64,000 nucleotides of DNA from the human T2T-CHM13v2.0 reference genome, Homo sapiens: the NCBI RefSeq assembly GCF_009914755.1, contig NC_060930.1; one strand, written 5' to 3'. The notes under the pieces are model-generated. The model did no database searches, had not been told where the DNA came from, and saw nothing but the letters and a program-made list of their open reading frames with translations. Made by a program: the position numbers and the translations under genes. Below, piece after piece: positions 52,816-64,000 of the stretch (positions within the stretch are counted from its first letter, which is position 1; the number at the start of each line of letters is the position of its first letter).

Positions 52816-55800
52816 CCTTACTTCTTAATTTGACAAAGAATACATATAGAAGTCAGAGTGTGTGCCATAGTAATCATATGTAATTTTAAGGACTAGAAAA
52901 GTCAATAAATGTCATCTGTTAAACAGGCCTGACTTCCTAAAAAATCTGAATGTTCCTTTGACTGAGAGTAAGAAACTATCACCAACAACAGGAAGGTACC
53001 CAAGCTTGTCTCATAGGTTTTACTCTGACATATCCTTCACAGAGAGGTGAAACATGTTTAATCTATATTTAGAAGTAACTTCCAGGTTATAAGTTCTAAC
53101 TGATAGCAGTTCTGGGTTTGTGTCAGTGGCAGCTTTTCAGAACATAAGGAGAAAACCATGGAGCAGACCTGCATGGCATTAAGAAATAATCAGCCTACTG
53201 AAAATGGCTATGCAGCTTTTACTCAGCAGAAGAACACTGCATGTATGGGGTGAGTGGGGACTGAAAATTAACCCATATTTCATGTGCTAAAGCCTCCAAT
53301 TATGCTCTGGAAATAGACAACCATCACATGAAAAGGAAGATCGGTGAATGCTCTAATACATCCTCATCATCCCTTACATGCACAAAAATCACTAGGTAGT
53401 CAGGCACTCAGGAATTCAGAACCATGTGTGTTTTTGCACTTAGCCCTAGTTGTACAAATATGTGTTTTAGTTAAAATTATTTTTGGTGTGATACACTAAT
53501 AATTAATACTTAATATGGAAAATTACTCAGAGATAGCTAAATTACTCAGAGATAGCTATAATTATGGTGAAGTTATTTTCAATATGGTATTTGCATATAT
53601 GCATAAACATTATTCTCCCCAAAATAAGTTTTATCTTATCTATTCCATCTTATAAATTATTGGGTCAATTAATATGTATTTTTCTTGATTTTTCCGGTGC
53701 TATAAAATGTTATTTTCAACATGTTTTTAATGTTTGATAAGCACGCACCCATATTGTTATATCATAATTTATTGTTATGGTTTATCATTGAATTTTTTTC
53801 TTACATGTTGATAAAAAGCAGAATTTGGGTTAAGAATATGGTCATTTTAAGTTTTCTTTATTTGTCTGATTTAAATAAATAGCCAAATTGCACTTTACAA
53901 TTGCTGTACTCTTTTACAAAGTCAACAGAAATCTATCAGAAAGTCATTCCACCACAGTCTCATAAAACCTTGATATGGTATTCTTTTGTGTCTTCAAAAA
54001 TCGACAAATGTTGTCTTATTATAATATTAATTCTATACTATTATATTAATTTTTCTTCAGAAGAAATCATTTGCTTATCTTTATTTGCAAATTATCGAGT
54101 CATGTATTTCCTTCTATTGGGATGTTCATCTTCTTAAAAAGTTTGGAAAGCACTCTTAATCTGTTTTGGGGAAAACATTGAAATAAATAACGGAATGAAA
54201 GAACAAAAACAATAAAAATCTTAGCTAGAGCGAGAAGTATTTTTATGAGTTAAACCATCTGTATCTCTGCAACTCAGACGATCATATAGAACATTTCCAG
54301 CACCCCACAAGCCACACTTTCTCATCTTTCATTCACTTGTGTCACCAAAAGTAATCACTATTTTGACTTCTACCACCACAGAAAGATTTTGCAAATTTAA
54401 AAATTTTAGATAAGATAAATCATAGTGTTTGGCTTCTTTGCTCCATATTTTCTATGCAATTGATCTAAGAATTTGCTAGAAGTAATAATTCATTTTTAAA
54501 ATTACTATGTATAGAAGGATTATTTTACTACTCTTAATTACTTTATTTTATTTTATGAACTGACTATAATATATATTCTACTCTTTATAGACATTTCTAT
54601 TTATTCCATTTATTATACAAATGTTTTTATACTTTACATTTTCTCTAGGTGTTATAACTTCAGTGTTATATTTTAAAAGTTGTTTATTATATGTTGAAAT
54701 AGATTTTCGTTTTCATGTAACCAAAGTATTGATTTTTATATCTTAATTTCACAAAAAGACAAGTTATTGTCTTCTTTTTTATTTCTAACAGTTTTTCAGT
54801 CATTATTCTGGATTTTCAAACATGATATATATTTCTTGAGAACAATTTTGACTTCGTCTTACTAAATTTCTACATTTTTCTCTAGTATCATTTTCGTGAC
54901 TTGAAACATTTACTATTGCTTTAACTTAAATAAGAATTTTTCTGGCATTAATTTGCTATGCATGATGATCATGTTGGATTTGAAATATAGTCATTTTTTC
55001 AAAGAAAGGTACACACCTATTGTTTGAGTTATTAATTTAAAAATCTGGAATGAATAGTTTATTACAAGATTTTTCAGCTTTGTGAAAGTGTTATTATAGT
55101 TTTTACAGATGGATAAATAAATCCGATAGTTTCTAATATTATATCATACTTACATTTCTAGAATGATCCCTATTTGCTCTAAATGAATTAATGCTATGCA
55201 GCTATATTACATCTGCAATACTTGTATTTAGCATTTTATATTGTCATTCAAAAGCAAAATTGGTCTTGTTTCACCTCCATTCTTAAAATTTTTTGGCCTT
55301 AAATTTTGGAGACTCAGAATAATGAATGTAAGATATTTCCTCCTTCTTCAGGCTTTAGAATTTCTAACCCTCATTATGTGGTTATCTGTTTTGACAATTT
55401 AGTAAAATTTATTCGCCAAACTGCTTGCCATTTATGCTCACAGGAAGAAAAGAACCCTCACATAATGTTCTATTCTTTCCATGATCACAGGCCAATTTTT
55501 TTCTGGCTCTCCTATAGAAAATTATAGACATATATATTTTCTCAGAATATTGTTTTTTTCAACCAAGATTTTCAAATTTATTTGAGCATTATTTAACAAA
55601 TTCCAACGTCCCTTTATTCTGTTGACTTTGTCATTTTTATTTTTCTGTTATTTATTAATACAAGATTTCCAGCTGTATGGAAATGTTACCATAATTTCTT
55701 ACAGGTGGATAAATCAATCTAGATATATAGATAATTTATAATTTTGTATCATGCTTACATTTCTAGAATGATCCCTACTTGGGATTTTCAAATTTATTTG

Positions 55801-56390
55801 AACGTTATTTAACAAATTTCAATATGCTTTTATTCTGATTACTTAGTCATTTTTATTTTTAATTGTATGCTTTTATAATTACTTATCTTTTTCTTTATTA
55901 ATTTTGTTATATATTTAATATTCTATTATTTGTATGTATTACATATTTTTTGTTAATTTACTTCTGTTTTCATTTTTATTAATTTTTTATCTTTCCTTAC
56001 ATTTATTTTGGCCATCTCCATCATTTTTAGTTGAATGTCTAAGTCATTTTTTTAAATATATATAAATGAAAGTGTTATGAGCATAAATTTTCTTTTAACT
56101 TCCTCAATTATGAAAACACTATGTTGTCATTATATATTTTTCCAGTTAATATGCAAATTTAGGTATTGATTTTCACTCTGCCAACATGAATTTTTAAAAA
56201 GAGAAATCTACATCTTTGGAGTTTTTTGTGGTAAATTCAAGGTTATTGAAATGTTTATTAATATTTTTATTAACTGGTAACCTCACTATATTATGGCCAG
56301 AAAACATGGTGTATATTATACTATTTCTAGTCTTACAGACTTTCTTAAAGTATGAAGAATAGTCATGGTCTCTTTTCACGTTTCACGGTT

Positions 56391-56881
56391 TACATTATTA
56401 ATCAGTATTCTACAAAGAAACAAAACAAATAGGGTATAGGTATAGATATAGATATAGAGAAAGAGACTTATTATATGGAAATGGCTCTTGGAATTCTGGA
56501 GGCTGAGAAGTCCCAAGATCTGCAGTTAGCATGCTGGAGACCCAACAGTGCTGATGGGGTAGTTTCAGTTAGAATCTGAAGGCCTGGCAACCAGGGGAGT
56601 TTGTGTAAATGCCAGTCTTAGGGCAGGAAAACACTGAGGTCCAGCTCAAGCAATCAGGCAGGAGATGTTTCCTCTTGCTCAGCCTTTTTCTTCTCTTTGG
56701 ATTGCAATTAATTTGATCAAATCCATGCATTAGGGAGAGCAATCTGCTTTACAGTGCTTACCGATTCAAATGTTAATCTAATCCTAAATTAACCTCAAAG
56801 CTACATCCAGAATAATGTTTGACCAAATATCTGGGCATCCTGTAGCCCAATCAATTTGACATGTAAAATTTAACCATTATA
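56391..56881 (-). mobile_element. MLT2B/C ERVL solo LTR
   Basis: ggaggctgagaagtcccaagatctgcag ... ccagaataatgtttgaccaaatatctgggc ... gacatgtaaaatttaaccat. Confidence 0.85.
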
Positions 56882-57384
56882 ATGGGCATAGGAAATGAAA
56901 GTGCATTATTGATGTTCAGGACATAAAATGCATTTAAATGTATGTGTGTGTTTAAGGGTGTGAAAAGAGGGAGAGAGAGAGATAAAAAGAATTGTATCTT
57001 TATTAGTGTACAGTATTCTAAATGTTATTAATGTCTCCAATATATTTACTCATTTGTGTCTACATAATCAGGAATAGATAGAATTTCAGTTTACTACAAA
57101 TGTTTTGTTTAATCCTTTGTATTTAAGTTTTGTTTATTCCTTTTTATTTTTGAAAAGTTTGCTATATAAATTCTAGTCTCATACATAAAATTTTATGATT
57201 ATTATTGTAGATTTTTACTGCTTATTATAAAACTTTGTTTCATTTTATGCTCTTATTAAATTTGACCTCATTTCTCATTAATAATAGCATTATTGATTTC
57301 TTTTGATTTGTACTTTACAAGTAGTTAGGTTTTTTCTTTTGCTTTAACTTCCAACTAGTCATATACATATACACAGACAAAGAG

Positions 57385-57427
57385 AGACACACACACACAC
57401 ACAAACACACAAACACACACACACACA
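57385..57427. repeat. Imperfect (CA)n microsatellite
   Basis: Seen directly. Confidence 0.9.
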
Positions 57428-58199
57428 TGATAGAGTATATGGGTCTGGGTCTTCTTTTTTATCAAATAATAGAATATTCATTTTAAAAAATGAATTCCAT
57501 ATCATTAAATGTTTCATTAGTCTTACTGTTGTTTGCTTCCAGAGATTGATTGATTGATTGATTTCTCTTTATCTCGCTCTCTCTTTCTCCCCACTTCTTT
57601 CCTTTGAACTCTCTTTCTTTCTCTCTCTTTGTCTTCCTCTTTCTTTTTCTACTTTGGCCAGTAACTTCTAGGTTCCTATTCCTACTTTGATATGTGAACA
57701 TTTGGTTTGATTAGTATAATTTCACTTTACAATCATTATTTGTGATTATTCCACACTTCATTGAAGATGAATATTTTTGTCATGGAATTCCCTTTTTATT
57801 GCTTTATTTATTTGTTTTTCCATAGGGTTAAATCTAAGAATTGGGATGGACATACTTTTACAGGTAATACTTTAAATGGAAATTACATTGCTCATTTTAA
57901 TAAATTGTTGTAGTGAGGCTGTTATCTTGGTTCCACTCTCTTGTAGTGAGTGTAGACTGCAACTCTACTCATTAGGTGGCTATATCCAATGATTACTATG
58001 GAAACTAGGAAAAAAAAAAACAATGAAAACACAGCCTTTTAATTGTGAACTGATAAACACATATGTTAACTAACTAAATCATTAATATGATAGATATGCA
58101 AGAAGGGCAAATAAGGGCTATGGCATTCAGGAGAGACAACAAAAATCACAGATCATTTGTAATTAATGCCAATGATCTGTGTCTCTAATTCTATTGCCT

Positions 58200-58400
58200 A
58201 TGGGTCAGTGTATGTAGAGCGATGGGTTTATTTCAAGAGACTGAATTCTAGTCCAAATTCTCCTGTTTGTTGGCTTTGTAATTTTGACTGAAATACTCCT
58301 TATGCCTTGGCTGCCTTATTTGTGAAATTGAATATTGATGACATTCTTATAAGTTTGTGTGGATAATTTTGGAAAATTTCATAAAATTTTATTCAAAACA
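58200..58400 (+). mobile_element. MIR fragment
   Basis: gagactgaattctagtccaaattctcc...ttggctttgtaattttg. Confidence 0.5.
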
Positions 58401-59839
58401 TTTTGGAATTATTATTTGAATTAATATAAACACAAGAAAACTGCTTGAAAGGAATAAAAGATAATATTCAGCATGAAAAGAAACTAAGCTTGTTTACTTT
58501 TAGTTAATAATACAGCAAAGGTTATAAAAATACCCATGATATATCATTCAAGTGGGTGTGTTACAGTACACAGTCCATAGTCACTCTTAACTTAGCATTT
58601 CATGACCTCATTCCCACCTACTAGTATGTTTTTTCAGTCCACCTGCTAAACTAATGTGCAAATTTGTTCTTGTTAATCAGTTTAATCAATCTATAGAGAA
58701 GATGAAAAATGTTTAATGATGATTAACTTTACTCCTCAGTAGATATTATCAAGGACATTATGCTCAGTATCATTATTTGTAAAATTCTTATTTTTAATGT
58801 ATTATTAGTCCTCTTTCCTCCAGATGACAAAAACAAAACTGGGTGATTATTTAACAACCAAGTACCACCAGCTGGTGCTCCAGGCTGGTAGAAGTTACCA
58901 TGTGTACAACTTCATCCTACCATAAATTCATATAAATGAGAATGCAAAAGGCAAATTAAATTCATAAATGCCTTTGGATATGAAGCATGGAGAAATATCA
59001 ACATTTTAATGCTATAACCAACCATCAAGGAGATGGAGTGAGAAATGAAGGATATCAAGAAAAATTGATAAACATTAATTACTTTAGCTAACTGATATGA
59101 CTTTCATGATGTGTCTCCTTAAAGTGCCAAGATGCCATGCTTAGAATTTAAATGCCAACAATGCATACTAATTGTTTAAAAAAAATTAGTCTAGTGATCA
59201 AGTTATAGGAACAATGAAAAAAATTACACAACAGAGATGAAGCAATGTTCATTAAAAAGCTTATTTTGTTCATTTACATTTTACTTTATGGCTATATCTG
59301 TGTTTTATTGCTTATCTTAGGACAATTCTACTTTATATGGACCAGTGAGTAATTTTTGTTCTTTCATTAATTCTAAAATGAGGTCTCTATTATTAACTCA
59401 TAAACTACTCCATTTACTCACTTCTCTTCAGGTCCTCAGTGTAAAGTTTGGTTAAGTCTAGGTTTGGCATTTTAAATCATTAAGGGCTTCACTTATAGAA
59501 TGAAAAAATCCTATAATATAAAACAATAATGTAATAAAATATGGTTAAATAAGTTTTAATTTTGGAAAACAATAAAAGCAGACTCTTTATCTGCAATATA
59601 TTTTACTGAATCTGACGAAAAAGACAGTTAATTTGGGTATAGATGCCTACCCTTTGCTGGGAAGATTAAATGAAGTAAAGTCTGAGACAAGTGTCATGTC
59701 TTGTTAATAAAATAGAGGTTAATCTTCTTACTTTTTGGTTTCTCTACTTCTCCTTCCTCCAGTAAACTTGATATGTACTCTTAGCTCTGACTTAAAGAAC
59801 TGATCACTACTATGATTCTCTCTTTTGGATTCATGTTAC

Positions 59840-60105
59840 CTCTGTACTACTCTGAGCAGTAAGAAAAAGGAGATAGCCACTCTATGTGTGGCCGCTCTCA
59901 TTCTCTCATTTTCCATCTTCTGCTTTGCTCCTCCAATCCGATGTAAATGTGGGTGACAATAGCCAAAGCATAAATAGGTATTCCCTTCATTCTTCATGCC
60001 CTTTGGAGTAAGGTCATACTCTCTTTGAGAGTTCTCTGACAGGTTTGTAGGCAAACATGCATAGGTTCAACACTCAGCTGGCCCCTTGCACATAACTTTA
60101 TATTA
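59840..60105 (-). promoter_or_regulatory. Candidate TATA promoter and first exon (minus strand)
   Basis: TATAAAG at 60102-60096; strong Kozak AAGATGG with ATG at 59916; donor GAG|gtaaca after 59840. Confidence 0.3.
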
Positions 60106-60574
60106 AAATATTTTATTTTGATGGTAATAATTAGAAAGAAATAAGCAATATTCTATTATGGTGTGATAGCCTCTAACTGAGAGAGAAGGTGAGAGGGCAA
60201 AAGTTGATCTGGAATCGTGTCATAAAGGAACAGAAAACTGAAGGCTTCTATGGCCAGTTTGACCTCACAGATGCTCTGAGTGGTATGAAACACTGACTAT
60301 CATGAATGAATAATTTAAATTTTCAGTGCTCTTTAGCAATTTAAATTATCATCTGAATATTTCAAGTGTGCAGAAACTTATTTCTAGAATACAAAATCAT
60401 AAAGTAGATAATTTTATCTTGCTAAGTGAGATAAAATAGACAACTTTAAGACTTTTTTTAAACATTCACTTACACATTTTTGTTTGGAATTCAGGGCATC
60501 ATATTTTCCTACATAAATAAGTTTATAAAGTCATATTATATTTCCAAGTAACCTCTAAGGGCCTTTTTTAGTGC

Positions 60575-63044
<2,470 letters not shown>

Positions 63045-63180
63045 CCTCCTAAGTCAATACACATTTTCCTAAAACAGAGAATATATTGTAGCCTCAGCTG
63101 AAATGAGCCAAGATTAGAGGAGGTAATGATGGGTCTAAAGAATTAGACAGGTGTTAGATTATGGAGTGAAAAGAACATAT

Positions 63181-63866
63181 TATGCAGTCAGAATGGCTAT
63201 TATCAAAAAGTCAAAAAATAACAGATGCTGGCGAGGTTGCAGAGAAAAGGGAACACATACACTGTTGGTGGGAGTGTAAATTAATTCAACCATTTTTGAA
63301 AGCAGTATGGAGATTCTTCAAAGAACTAAAAGCAGAACTACCATTCGACTGAGCAATCCCATTACTGGGTATATACCCAGAGGAATACAAATCATTCTAC
63401 CATAAAGACTCATGCACACAAATGTTCATTGCAGCACGATTCATAATAGCAAAGACATAGAAGCAAACTAAATACCCACCAATGACAGATTGGATAAAGA
63501 AAATGTGCTACATCTACACCATGAAATACTATACAGCCATAAAAAATAAGATCATGTCTTTTTGCAGGAACATGGATGCAACCGGAGGCCATTACCCTCA
63601 GCAAACTAATTCTGGAACAGAAGACCAAATACTCCAGATATTCTCATTTGATGAGAACTTATTAACACAAAGAAGGAAACAACAGACACTGGGGTCTACT
63701 TGAGGGTGAAGGTTGGAAGGAGGGAGAGGAGCAGGAAAGACAGCTATTGGTTATTGGGCTTAATACCTAAATGATGAAATAATCTGTACAACAAACTCCC
63801 ATGACATGAGTTTGCCTATGTAACAAAACTTCATATGTACCCCCGAGCCTTAAATAAAACTAAAAG
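63181..63866 (+). mobile_element. 5'-truncated L1PA13-16 (L1PA14-like) 3' end within an L2 relic
   Basis: ORF2 tail (DWIKKMCYIYTMKYY) and 3'UTR ggagggagaggagcagg...aataatctgtacaacaaac. Confidence 0.88.
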
Positions 63867-64000
63867 AAACACAAAAGTCACAACTCGACCAGTTGTATAA
63901 AGATAGATTGGAGGAAATGCAGACAGTTACTAGTATGTTGAAATAACCCAACAAGAGCAATGGTGGCTCAACACCTGGGGTGGAAGTGAAGAGAGGAATA

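Larger units (their letters stand above)
53600..57900 (-). mobile_element. Highly degraded L1M/L1ME relics (interrupted by MLT2)
   Basis: T-rich antisense L1 signature, including an L1ME 3'-end piece at ~54230-54520 (agaacatttccagcacccca...gtaatcactattttgacttcta). Confidence 0.5.

Overview
This is eukaryotic, AT-rich, gene-poor hominid (most likely human) genomic DNA, either intergenic or deep intronic, and roughly half of it is transposable-element sequence. I recognise no established protein-coding gene, RNA gene or prokaryotic-type system, and almost all ORF-track entries are repeat-derived or chance ORFs. The main elements are: (1) the 5' part of a young full-length L1 (L1HS non-Ta1 or young L1PA2, minus strand) with a dead ORF1 but an intact antisense ORF0; (2) an L1PA13-16 with a textbook twin-priming inversion inside an old L1M; (3) an L1PA7/8 with both TSDs and a ~1.4 kb internal deletion; (4) six Alus; (5) solo LTRs (MER34, MER50, MLT1/MST, MLT2, LTR53/MER88-like); (6) a THE1C provirus carrying an AluY; (7) many L2/MIR relics. 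The best candidate for something undescribed is a possible spliced minus-strand transcript: a TATA box at ~60100, a first exon ending at 59840, and an 81-nt exon at 44980-45060, joining in frame into a short ORF with a hydrophobic N-terminal patch. This rests on motifs alone and could be pseudo-exon coincidence. Repeat subfamily names come from my recall of consensus sequences and should be confirmed with RepeatMasker/Dfam.
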